Shown one piece after another: positions 43,930 to 53,931 of a stretch of 64,000 nt of DNA (its first letter is position 1; the number at the start of each line of letters is the position of its first letter). The DNA is from an uncultured Planctomycetota bacterium. GTDB lineage: Bacteria; Planctomycetota; Planctomycetia; Isosphaerales; Isosphaeraceae. The stretch is taken from assembly GCA_963845755.1 (NCBI GenBank), contig CAWJTV010000011.1, positions 64,001 to 128,000 on the forward strand, read 5' to 3'. Below the pieces are notes generated by a model. It did no database searches and had not been told where the DNA came from. It was given only the letters and a program-made list of their open reading frames with translations. Position numbers and translations under genes: made by a program.

Positions 43930-44751
43930 CTACTTGATCCTCCAATGCTTATGAGCTGCATCTGAAGAAAGACTTACGAACGTTTGAACCAACGCCCGGT
44001 GGCCGAGTTCGAGGCCCGATGCGATATCACGGCCGGGAGTCTCTTGTTCGATCGGACCACGGGCGGTCAACTGCAAGACCAGGAGTTCCTCGCCTGTCCC
44101 AAGATTCTTGCCGTGTTGCCCGAAGACATGGAGTCTACCTCTCTGAGGCACGATCTCGTAATGCCATTCTCCAGTAACGCTTTCGAGTCGGACCATGCCG
44201 TGCCGAGCCGGCGGGATATAGAGCCCGGGCAACACGTTATGCCAATCGTCCTGTGAAGCCCAGAGTTCGCCCTTTGGAATATGATTTATATATGTAACTT
44301 CCCACTGATTCGGGGAAATATTCTCGAGCCCAGCGATGCCAAGGAAGTTGCGAAAGCCCTCGAGTTTGCCCATGAATTCTGGATAGATCGTCTCAAACCT
44401 GGGATAGCGAGCGTCTTTCTTCCTCCAATTATAAAGAAATCGATTATTCTGAATTTGTATCACTCTGTCGTCCGATTCAGAAATGATTTGCAGCCGGACG
44501 GAAGTCTCAGACACAACCTTGACTTGGAGCATCGGCAGATTCCAAGACCTCTGCTCCCCAAACCTCTCAAACTGCTCAATGAGCGGCGGCGCCTCGGCTG
44601 TCTTTGTCCAGTTTTGGTCCAAGCAACTCTTCCAATACCACCCGAAGTGCCCGGCCGTCATACCGGGGGTTGGCGCGAATTGGACGCCCAATACGGTCTC
44701 GATGACCGGGGGATTCTCGAATCCAGGGAGATCGTTCGACTGGTCTAGCAT
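43930..44751 (-). CDS. TIGR04255 family (sporadically distributed) protein
   Basis: FENPPVIETVLGVQF; IQIQNNRFLYNWRK...YPRF; EVTYINHI. Confidence 0.85.
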   Translation of the reverse strand: MLDQSNDLPGFENPPVIETVLGVQFAPTPGMTAGHFGWYWKSCLDQNWTKTAEAPPLIEQFERFGEQRSWNLPMLQVKVVSETSVRLQIISESDDRVIQIQNNRFLYNWRKKDARYPRFETIYPEFMGKLEGFRNFLGIAGLENISPNQWEVTYINHIPKGELWASQDDWHNVLPGLYIPPARHGMVRLESVTGEWHYEIVPQRGRLHVFGQHGKNLGTGEELLVLQLTARGPIEQETPGRDIASGLELGHRALVQTFVSLSSDAAHKHWRIK

Positions 44752-44921
44752 ACGTGCATCCTGCGACTCTCGGCCTAGGGATTCCCATCTCTACAATACT
44801 ACGGCGTGGGGCGACCTCCAACGGGTCGGACCGATTTTCACAAGAGCCAATTCCGCCAACAAGCCACGCCACGGCGCGACGGGACGATGATCCGCGAACC
44901 TCATCGCGGCCGTCAAATGAC

Positions 44922-47395
44922 TCAGAAGTGGGATGCGTGGACCCGGCGGAAGTTGAGTTGGGGCGTTTGGCTGTCGGCCATGGCATCGCGGATGCCGCCG
45001 CGAAGTGCGTCGATCAGGTCTTCCTCCGGATGGCCGTCGGCCGGGTAGTCGACCCACTGGCCGCCACGGCGCTGCTTGGAGTAGTTCCGGAAAGCGTCCT
45101 TCAGCCGCGTGCACCGCGGGTGAATCGTCAGGTTGCCGGTCTCCAGGAGCAGCTCGATCGCGTCGAGGCCATCCAGGACCAGGTGTCGGGGCCAGCGATC
45201 GAGGATGCGCGTGCCGAAGACGCGTTCGTATTCGCCATAGGCGGCCGGGCCCAGCGAGGACCGCGCTGTCGCCGCGGGGTCGACACGGACGGAGTCGATC
45301 CGGCCACGGCACGGCAGCTCATCGGCCAGCGCCTTGATGGCACGGGCATTCTTCTCGCTTACCCGATCAATCGCGTGGTAATCGCCGAAGACCGTCACGC
45401 GCGACCAGCCGGCCGCCGGATTCGGTCGGACCTGGAAGAAGACCGCTGCGGTGTGGCGCGACGTACCGGCGTCGATGGCGCAGCGGACCGGGTATCCGGG
45501 GTGATACTCGGCCTCGGTGGAGACGTGCCGGGCAGGGTCGAAGTTGGCGAACCAGACGCCTTCGGTCGTCTCCAGGAACTCGGCGTAGATCTCCTGGCGG
45601 CCCAGCCGGGTATGCTCGTACAGGCTGACGATCTGATCGACGAACTCGCGGGGCAAGTGGACCTGGTTGTCGTAAGTGGTTTCGGTCGTCCGGACGGTGG
45701 TCGGCTCGCCCAGGATTCGCTTCAGGACGGCGACGCGGCGCGGCGTGGTCGTGATGAGGGCCTGGGGATTGGCCCCGTCCCGCAGGGCCAGCATCGCCAG
45801 GTCCCAGGTCATCTGGGCGCGCTTCCAGCAGTTATGGACCAGGATCCCGTTGGCATAGAACTCGTGGGCATCTTCGACGTGAAGGTCGTAGACGGGTGCC
45901 CTATCGGGAAGTTTCTCGATCCTTACGACGGAGGGCGGACTGCTGGCTCCAATGAATTGCCTGACAGCGTCGCGAGCACGTGATCCGCAGGTGTAAATTG
46001 GCTGACGAGAATGGTTGTTGACAGATGGGACACAACTTTGCCGGCCTGCGCTTGATGCGCCGGCGCACGCGATAGGCATCCCCACATTCTCGTGAGCACG
46101 TGACCGTTCGAGGATCGCGGCTCGGAATGGAGTGCCACAGATCGCACACGGCTTCTCGGTTCGCCTCCGTTGAGAGACCTTTGGCTTCTTCGGCCTCGGT
46201 TTAACTCTGCCGGTCCGGTAATAGTACCGTTGCGCACACCGGATGTTGCAGAACTTCGCTCGCATCCCAGTGCTCTGGTAGACAGTTCCGCACCCGACAC
46301 AGACGACGTCGCGCGGCTCCCTTTCGCCCCACTGCTTCCATGAATTCTCCTGAAACTGCTCCTTGGACCATGCAGCCCAACCCTTGGGCCTATGTCGTTT
46401 GAGATGTACCGAGCGAGGAATCGCTTCGAGGTTTTCCGGCGCCCAGTTCGTCTTGTCCTCATCCTTATGGTGGACGTCGTATCCTCTTGGGATTTCTCCG
46501 CAGTGAGCGCGGTAAACGGCGCGATGCAGCATCCGCCCGTTTCGGGACACATAGTACCCGCCGTTGAGATACCAACGGATCCCTCCCCAAGACACGACGC
46601 GAGGTGACGATTGTCCCATGCATTGATTCTATCGCCATGCTGCAAAAGATCAATCCGAATCCACCCCTTTTCATCGATGAATACAAGATGGTTGGCGGTG
46701 CCTTCGAGCGTTCGTCCGTCGGAGAACGTGACCCGGTAGATTTCGGCGGAAGGATTGGACTGCCAGGAATCGAGAACGCGGCGGGGGCCGACGCGGGTCC
46801 ACACGTGCTCGCCGGCTCGCACCGATTCGATCGGCCTCAAGCCTTCGATCGTCTGGACGAGGGTCCCCGCGACCAGGCACGCCAGCTCGTCGGCCCAGAG
46901 GGTGTCGAGGTTCAACCCGCGGGCGCGCTCGGGCTCCTCGCCGCTGAGACAGACGGCACGGGCGCCGTTGGGCCAGGTGACGCGGCGTTTGGACGGCTCG
47001 AACCGAGGCCGGCACCACGGGGACGCGACCGCGAGCAACCCGGAGGGGCCCTCGACCATCACATCGCGGATATCGGCGTTGGTCGGAGCGATCAGGCCGC
47101 CGAGCTTCATGATGCCGGACTCGACCCGGGACTGGATCCAGCAGGCCCCTCCGCGCGTCTTTCCGGCACCTCTCCCGGCGATGTATCCCCAGACGCGCCA
47201 GTCACTTGCGGGCGGACGCTGGGCGACCCGCGCCCGGGGATGAATACGGCACGCGCCGGCAGGCAGCCCGCACGGGCAGGATTCGGCGTACCAATCCCAA
47301 ACCGAGCGGTCGGCCACCAGGGGTGCGAGCGTGCCGAGGCGGGCCTCAGCTCGCGCAATCCGCGCTGCCAGTCCGATCACCGATCTGCTCCTCAA
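44922..47395 (-). CDS. Phage-type terminase large subunit containing an intein (1-nt deletion at 46119-46120)
   Basis: AR..Q.PP..DW..W...AGRGAGKT (Walker A); LWADELA (Walker B); ITTTP; RLGRQEIYAE; RNase-H-like domain IDAG...D.IDALR. Confidence 0.9.
45831..46879 (-). mobile_element. Intein (350 aa after restoring one base)
   Basis: Starts CLVAGTLV (block A); GTANHLVF (block B TxxH); VYDLHVEDAHEFYANGILVHN (blocks F/G); +1 residue Cys. Span 1049 nt + 1 = 1050. Confidence 0.92.
45901..46619 (-). CDS. HNH endonuclease with three C-terminal zinc-finger-like modules, nested out of frame in the intein
   Basis: Own ATG at 46619; LHRAVY...GEIP.GYDVHHKDEDKTNWAPENLE; CVGC..FCNIRC, CAIC..TCSREC, CPIC..TCSRRC; TAG at 45901. 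Confidence 0.85.
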
Positions 47396-47740
47396 TCTGG
47401 GACATGCGGCGCTCGAGCCCCGCGTAATTCGAGATGGCCATCATGTCGGAAAGGATGGCCCGCAGCGCTGTCAACTTGACGGACTCGGACTCGGCCTCCC
47501 GGGCGAGCACGATGATCCCATCGGCCGCGCGGGTGACGTTCTTGGACATCCGGCCGATGGCCCGGTCGACGGCACGGCGGCGATACGCCTTCACGGCGTC
47601 CTGGACCCTGGGCTCCTTGGCCCATCGGTAGGCCGTCCGCCTGGCGACCTGGTGCTCCCGCGCCACGAGGCGACGGACGTTCCCTGGGCGATTGCCAGGG
47701 CGAGGTTGGACTTCTTGCCTGGGGGATGCGGTTCGGTCAT
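47346..47740 (-). CDS. HTH protein, putative terminase small subunit, frameshifted near 47663
   Basis: MTEPHPPGKKSNLALAIAQGTSVASW joins AREHQVARRTAYRW (HTH) if one G is added; overlaps the terminase start. Confidence 0.7.
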
Positions 47741-48156
47741 GGCGTCAATTGGCAGTCAACGGCAAGGATCCGTCGGCACTCCAGCGCCCCACTCGCGGTT
47801 CTCAGCCCGAGGCCCAGGCTGGCCGGCATGCCCGCGAGGGGCGAGGAAGTGACGTCAAGCAGGATCGAGCACGAGACTCCGACGCGAAGCTCGACGGTCC
47901 GACCGCACCGGCACGCTGCCAGGGGCCCGACTGCCGATCATCGACAGTCGCTTTCACCGTCGTTACTTACAGGATGCCGCAACTTTGGAATTTCGTTAAT
48001 GCACCTACGACGGTTTCTAGCTGTTTTCGCGGCGCAACCCTCGGTATCAACACGAATTAAGAATTTTCAAAAAATTTTTTGCGCTGGAGATTAGCTCAGC
48101 TCATCTCCTTATCAAATGTTTACCAAGGCGTCTTTTTCCTCTTCCCCCGACGGCGG

Positions 48157-50029
48157 TTAGCGGGTTGCTGGGGGTGGCCCGTGGCCCACCGGGGGCAGGA
48201 AGTGCGGCCGCGCCGTGTCCACCGGCAGGACCTCGCCGGGGGGTCGCGTCGAGCTGATCTCCTGGGCCGGGTACCCCAGGGCGTGGAACAGCTCGAACTG
48301 CGCCCGGTTGTACTCGGAGACCGTCGTGAAGTATTCCTCGAAGGCCACCCACAAGAGTTGGAGCGCAAAGACCGCTTCTTGTGGACGGTTGATCAGGACC
48401 AGGACGTTGCCGAACCGCTTGATCTGCGTCAGGCCCTCGAAGTTGCCGTTGAGATTGATGATGCCCGTGCGGAGGGCGCGATCGGCCTGGAGGACGCGGG
48501 TGGCCGCCAACTGGACGCGCGCCAGGGCCCGGTTCACGTCCGCCGCCACCCGGTCCTGCGCGCGGTAGAGATCGACGATGGCCTGCGATTGCTGGGCCCG
48601 TTGCCGCTTGATCATCGCGAGGTTGCCGAACCCGAAGTTCTGGAGCTGCCACACGAGCTGGACGCTGACATCGTCGCGGCCCCTCCACTGGTTCATGAGG
48701 CCGTTGGGGCCCAGGCCGAAGATCCCGCCCTGGATCAACATCCCGCCAGGGGACTGGAAGCCGCCGATCACGACGGTGGGGAGGGCCGGGCGCATCGTCT
48801 CCCGGCGGATCCCCGCCGTCGCGGACTCGATCATCGCTTTGCGCGAGGCGACCTCGGGCCGGTTGGTCAGGGCGACGGACATCAGGTCCTCGAGCGAGCG
48901 GCCGGGGTCAACCAGCGTGATCTGGAGGTGGTCGTGCTCCAGCGGCTCGACGACGGCGCGGGGTCCAGCCGCAGGACCTGCGTCAGGTTGGCGCTTGGAC
49001 CCGCCACTGCTGCCGGGCTGAGACGGCCCGCTGCTGGAGGTCGGCGACCATGTTCTTGGCCCGCTCGACCTCGAACTCCACGACCAGGTCGCGGCTCATC
49101 GAGGCGAGCCGCTCGACCAGCTCGTGCCCCCGCTTGACGCAGTAGAGCGCACCGGCGTACTTCCCGCGATACTGGTGCACCAGGAAGTAAGCGTCGGCGG
49201 TCCGGAGCAGGGCGTCGTTCTTGGCCGACTGGACATCCCAGTGGCGGGCCTTCAGGGCCTGCCGGGCCACCAGGGGCTGGTAGATCGCATCCGTCGTGGC
49301 GATGGCCCCCCAGAGGCCGCCACCGCCGTAGAAGTAGTTGGCGCTGACCGCGGTCATAATGCCCTTGTTGAAGTCCGGGCCGCCGCCGTCGTGGCGGAGG
49401 TAGTCGGCGCCGACGTTGATCCCGGGGAGCCAGAGGACCTTGGCCTGCTGGAGGTCGGCCTCGGCGACCCAGACGCTGGCCTGGGCGGCGGCGACGATCA
49501 GCGGCCGGGCGTCGGAGAGCCGCAACGCGGTCGCCAGGTTGATCGGAAAGCGGAGGTCGGTCGGCACGAACGGCGCTGGGTCGAGCTTGACGGTCAACTC
49601 CAGGGGGGAGGGTGGCAGTGCGGCCGCATCGCTCCTCTCCTGCGCACGGCCCGGAGCCGCTCGCGACGGCAGGGGCGACAGCACATCGTGGTCGTCCACG
49701 CTCGCTGGGCGGTTGACAGCCGATGGCGCGGTCGTCCCCGGCCGTGAGGATGGCCCTTGCCAGTGGCCCGGTGACGTCAGAGGGATCGGCGGCGGGGCCG
49801 GTGGAGGCAAGTCCCGGCCACTTTGTCTCATGAAGCGTTGGATGACGGGGGACACCGTCAACGGCGGCAAGGGCGGCGGCTGTGTGGGAGGCGCGGGGTT
49901 CGTCGGCGTCGCGCCGGTCGGGGGCTGGGCCGCGCGCGCCGGAGACCCGAGCCAGGGAAGCAGCGAGGCTACGATCAGCATCCAGGGCCAGGCAGATCGT
50001 TGCCTCATTCGAAATCCCACTCCCATCAT
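48157..50029 (-). CDS. TolC-family outer membrane factor (paralogue 2), two 1-nt deletions near 48960-48995
   Basis: PINLATALRL; AL..RPE; YNRAQFELFHALG; colinear with the intact paralogue. Confidence 0.85.
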
Positions 50030-50105
50030 GATCGCTCGCCCCGATTAAGGCGTCGGCGGCTCCAACCCGTCCGGATTTCGCGGGGAACCCGGGGATGACC
50101 GGCGT

Positions 50106-51776
50106 TCATCGGGTGGCCGGGGGCGGCCCGTTACCGACCACCGGCAGGAAGGCCGGCCGGGCCGTGTCCACCGGCTGGACCTCGCCGGGGGGCCGGAGCC
50201 ACGAGACCTCCTGGGCGGGATAGCCCAGGGCGTGAAACAGCTCGAACTGCGCCCGGTTGTACTCGGCCACCGTGGTGAAGAATTCGTCGAAGGCCACGTT
50301 CAAGAGCTGGAGGGCATAGACCACCTCCTGCGGCCGGTGGATCGGGACCAGGACGTTGCCGAAACGGCTGGTCTCGGTCAGGCCCTCCAGGGATCCGTTG
50401 AAGGTGATGAGGCCGGTGCGCAACGAGCGATCGGCCTGGACGACCCGGGCGGCCGCCGACTGTACGTCCGCCAGGGCCCTGGTCACGTCCGCCGCCACCC
50501 GATCCTGGTTCTCGAACAGCTCGATGATGGCCTGCGACTGCATGCCGCGCTGCCGCTTGATCATCGCCAGGTTCCCCAGGCCGAGATTGGAGAGCTGCCA
50601 TATGGGCTGAAAGCTGAAGTCATCGCGGCCAACCCACTGGTTCATGCTGCTGTTGGGGCCCAGGGCGAAGATCCCGGCCTGCAACAGCTCGAGGGGGGTC
50701 TGGAAGCCGTTGAGCGCGACGTTGGGAATGAGCATGCGCACCCTCTCGCGGCGGATCGCCGCCGCCGCCGCCTCGACCATCGCCTGGTGCGAGGCGAGCT
50801 CGGGCCGGTTGGTCAGAGCCATCGGCATCAGGTCCTCGAGCGAGCGGCCGGGGTCAACCAGCGTGATCTGGAGGTGGTCGTGTTCCAGCGGCTCGACGAC
50901 GGCGCGGGGGTCCAGCCGCAGGACCTGCGTGAGATTGGCGCTCTGGACTCGCCACTGCTGCCGCGCCGTGACCGCTTTCTGCGAGAGGTCGGCGAGCATA
51001 TTCCGGGCCCGCTCGACCTCGACCGCCGGGACCAGGTCGCGGCTCAGGGTGGCGATCTGCTCGACGAGGTCGTGCCCCCGCTCGACGCAGTAAAGCGTCC
51101 CGGCATACATCCCGCGCACCTGATGCACGCGGAAGTAGGCGTCGGCGGTCCGGAGCAGGGCGTCATTCTTGGCTGTCTGCACGTCCCAGTGCCGGGCTTT
51201 GAGGACCTGGCGGGCCACCAGGGGCTGGAAGATGGCATCGGTCGTCGAAATGATTCCCAGGGCCGGTCCGGTCATGCCGGCACCGGCGTAGAAGAAGTTG
51301 GTGCTGGGCGAGGTCAGGATGCCCTTGTTGAAGTCCGGGCCGCCGCCGTCGTGCCGGATGTAATCGAAGCCGATATTGAGGTTGGGGACCCAGAGGACCT
51401 TGGCCTGAGCGAGATCGGCCTCGGCGACCCAGACGCTGGCCTGGGCGGCGGCGACGATCAGCGGCCGGGCGTCGGAGAGCCGCAACGCGGTCGCCAGATT
51501 GATCGGAAAGCGGAGTTCGGTCGGCAGCGGTGTCGCCGTCGGGAGCGTCAGGCCGGTGTCGAGCGGGCTCGGGCCCATCGCCCCGGTCTCGCTCGGCGCC
51601 GAAGCCGGCGGCGAGGGCTGGGCTCGCCGACTCCGATCGGGAAGGACGACCGGGGGCGCCGGCGAAGGCGGAACGGGCGTCTGCGCCGTGCAGGGGGTGA
51701 ACCCGACCCACGAAAGCAGCATAGCCCCACCGAGCATCCCCCTCCAGGTGGATTGTCCCATGACCCCATCCCTCAC
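50106..51776 (-). CDS. TolC-family outer membrane factor (paralogue 1)
   Basis: Intact 556-aa ORF with the same motifs, in an RND operon. Confidence 0.88.
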   Translation of the reverse strand: MRDGVMGQSTWRGMLGGAMLLSWVGFTPCTAQTPVPPSPAPPVVLPDRSRRAQPSPPASAPSETGAMGPSPLDTGLTLPTATPLPTELRFPINLATALRLSDARPLIVAAAQASVWVAEADLAQAKVLWVPNLNIGFDYIRHDGGGPDFNKGILTSPSTNFFYAGAGMTGPALGIISTTDAIFQPLVARQVLKARHWDVQTAKNDALLRTADAYFRVHQVRGMYAGTLYCVERGHDLVEQIATLSRDLVPAVEVERARNMLADLSQKAVTARQQWRVQSANLTQVLRLDPRAVVEPLEHDHLQITLVDPGRSLEDLMPMALTNRPELASHQAMVEAAAAAIRRERVRMLIPNVALNGFQTPLELLQAGIFALGPNSSMNQWVGRDDFSFQPIWQLSNLGLGNLAMIKRQRGMQSQAIIELFENQDRVAADVTRALADVQSAAARVVQADRSLRTGLITFNGSLEGLTETSRFGNVLVPIHRPQEVVYALQLLNVAFDEFFTTVAEYNRAQFELFHALGYPAQEVSWLRPPGEVQPVDTARPAFLPVVGNGPPPATR

Positions 51777-51898
51777 TGCATCAAGGGAGTCGCGGTACGA
51801 TCAGCGCGTCGGCCGCGCCGATAGGACCGGATCAGAGGATTTATCGACCGGGACGGGTGGCCGGAATGATAACGATTTTGCGGGATGGGCGGGATTGA

Positions 51899-53659
51899 TC
51901 AGGGCGCTTTCGGGGAAATATCGGGCTTCTTGGCGATCTCCGTCTCTTCGAGGACCTTCCGCCACGCCCTCGCCTTGTCAACCTGGCCCCAGGCTTCGTA
52001 GAGGCTCACCAGGCGTTCGAGTGCCTTGATGAGGTGGGGCTTGTCCTGGGGCGGTATTTTGTCCTCACGTTGTTTCATGCCCTCGTAGCCCGCAACGAGC
52101 CGCGGTTCGGCCTCGGCGAATTTCCGTTGCTCCAGGAGCGCCCGGCCCAGGAGTGACTCCGTGTCGAACGTCACCCAGTCGTCGGGCTGGAGCTTCTGGC
52201 GCATGGCCAGGCTCTCGCGCAGCTTCAGCTCAGCCTCGGCGAAGTTCTTCTGGGAGAGTAGCAGCGATCCGCGGACGGCGAGCGCCGAGGCGCGGGCGGG
52301 CGAATTGAGATCGCGTTCATAAAGTCGCCCCCCCTCGTCCGCGCGGCCAGCGAGCCGGTAGGCGACGGCCAGTTGATTGCGGCAGGCGGCCGTATCGGGA
52401 TGGTTGAGTCCCTGCATGGCTTGCCGCAAGCCGAAGGCCCGCTCGTACTCCTTGACCGCCTGCGTTGCGTCTCCCAGACTCAGGTACGCCAGGCCCAGCA
52501 TCTCGCGGAGTGAGGCTTCGGCCAGGGGCCGGTCCGTGAACGCTTCGCCGACCTGAGCCTCGGTCAGATCCACCGCCTTGCGCAGCGTCACGTCCTTGCC
52601 CTGGCCACCGGTCCAGAAGGCCTCCGTGAGCGACACCGACCCCGGCCGGCCGGCCGACAACAGCGAATTCTTGAGGAACGCGAGGATCGCTTTCTTCTCT
52701 TCTTCCGAGGCCCGCGCCGTCTTCTCCGACTCCCGGGCCTGTTGGAGTTCCTTCACGGCGGCCAACCACGCCACCTCTGCCTCGACGAGCTTGCCCGCGC
52801 CCGGGTTCTTCTCATTCGAAGTCGAATTCTTCCTCGTGCCGGCCTCCTGGCTCGAGTCGGATTCGTCGCTCGAGTCCGCTCCCTGACTCGAGTCGGGGCC
52901 CTGGCTCGATCCACCCTTGCTCGATCCGCCTTTGCTCGATCCGCCCTTGCTCGATCCGCCCTTGCTCGATCCGCCCTTGCTCGAAGACGTCTCATCTCCC
53001 GACTTGTCCGACCCGAAGAAGTAGGAGTAGCCCCAGGCGCCGACGACCCCGCAGACCAGGGACACGACGCCCGCGAACAATAGGATCCGCGTGAGCGAGG
53101 GTGACTGGGCCGACTGGCCGAGCCATTTCTTGGCGCCCTCGCCGGAGCCCTTCTGATCGTCGTTCTGGTCCTGCTTGCCAGGGGACCGGGCTTTCTTGGT
53201 GTCGCCCTCCTGCCCACCCTGGCTCTTGGAGCCCTTGCCCTGTTCGCCCTTGCCCTGTTCGCCCTTGCCCTGCTCGCCCTTGCCCTGCTCGCCCTCCTTC
53301 ACTTTCCCCTCCCCGTTCCCTCCGCCGGAACGGTCCTGCGATGGTCGATCCGGTTCGATGGGGACCATGACAAAGTTGGGATTGAACGCCTCGTTGGGCT
53401 CACGGATCCGGTTCGTCTGGACGACCATGATTCGATCGGGGTGACTCGCCCAATCGGATTGGATCGCCGGTCCCAACGTGATGATCGGGGCGGTGGTCTC
53501 GATGACCTGAGGGGACTCCGGCCCGCGGCTGCGGGGCGACTCAGACCCCTGTTCCGGCTCCTGGCCCTGGTTCGAATGGGACCCGTGTTCCTGGTCTTGA
53601 TCCTGGGGCGCGTCGGATCCTTGTTGCTGGTCTTGGTCCTGCTGATCTTGACGTTCCAT
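51899..53659 (-). CDS. Membrane-anchored TPR protein with low-complexity repeats
   Basis: Disordered Q/E/G/K/S N-terminus, one TM, then TPRs (LG.AY.SLG...A, HPDT...NQLA.AY). Confidence 0.78.
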   Translation of the reverse strand: MERQDQQDQDQQQGSDAPQDQDQEHGSHSNQGQEPEQGSESPRSRGPESPQVIETTAPIITLGPAIQSDWASHPDRIMVVQTNRIREPNEAFNPNFVMVPIEPDRPSQDRSGGGNGEGKVKEGEQGKGEQGKGEQGKGEQGKGSKSQGGQEGDTKKARSPGKQDQNDDQKGSGEGAKKWLGQSAQSPSLTRILLFAGVVSLVCGVVGAWGYSYFFGSDKSGDETSSSKGGSSKGGSSKGGSSKGGSSKGGSSQGPDSSQGADSSDESDSSQEAGTRKNSTSNEKNPGAGKLVEAEVAWLAAVKELQQARESEKTARASEEEKKAILAFLKNSLLSAGRPGSVSLTEAFWTGGQGKDVTLRKAVDLTEAQVGEAFTDRPLAEASLREMLGLAYLSLGDATQAVKEYERAFGLRQAMQGLNHPDTAACRNQLAVAYRLAGRADEGGRLYERDLNSPARASALAVRGSLLLSQKNFAEAELKLRESLAMRQKLQPDDWVTFDTESLLGRALLEQRKFAEAEPRLVAGYEGMKQREDKIPPQDKPHLIKALERLVSLYEAWGQVDKARAWRKVLEETEIAKKPDISPKAP

Positions 53660-53829
53660 TGAACTGCCCTCCCACAGTCAAGCCTGCTGAGATCGTACGC
53701 AACGCGCGTGCCGCGTGATCCGCCGGGCTCCAATTTGCGCATTTAATAATTCGCCGCCGCATAAGAGCCAGTGATCTCGAGCGCTGCACGATTTGGACTG
53801 CGCCTGCGCGAGGAATCCCCTGACCCTCT

Positions 53830-53895
53830 GTAGGGTGCTCTGCGAGCACCAAAGCGTGCCGGCCGCGGGGGATCGGTGCTCACAGAGCACCCTAC
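53830..53895. repeat. GTAG-type REP doublet (inverted pair)
   Basis: GTAGGGTGCTCTGCGAGCACC ... GGTGCTCACAGAGCACCCTAC, intergenic. Confidence 0.85.
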
Positions 53896-53931
53896 GTCTA
53901 TGTCTCGTGTGCAACGCAACCGTAATGCGCT

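Noticed and set aside
44922..46619. 565-aa HNH-terminase nuclease fusion as a real protein
   Set aside because: Best explained by one missing G at 46119-46120; the HNH zinc fingers continue in another frame and stop at 45901.
42925..48150. Complete prophage or integrative element
   Set aside because: No integrase, structural genes, tRNA target or evident att repeats.
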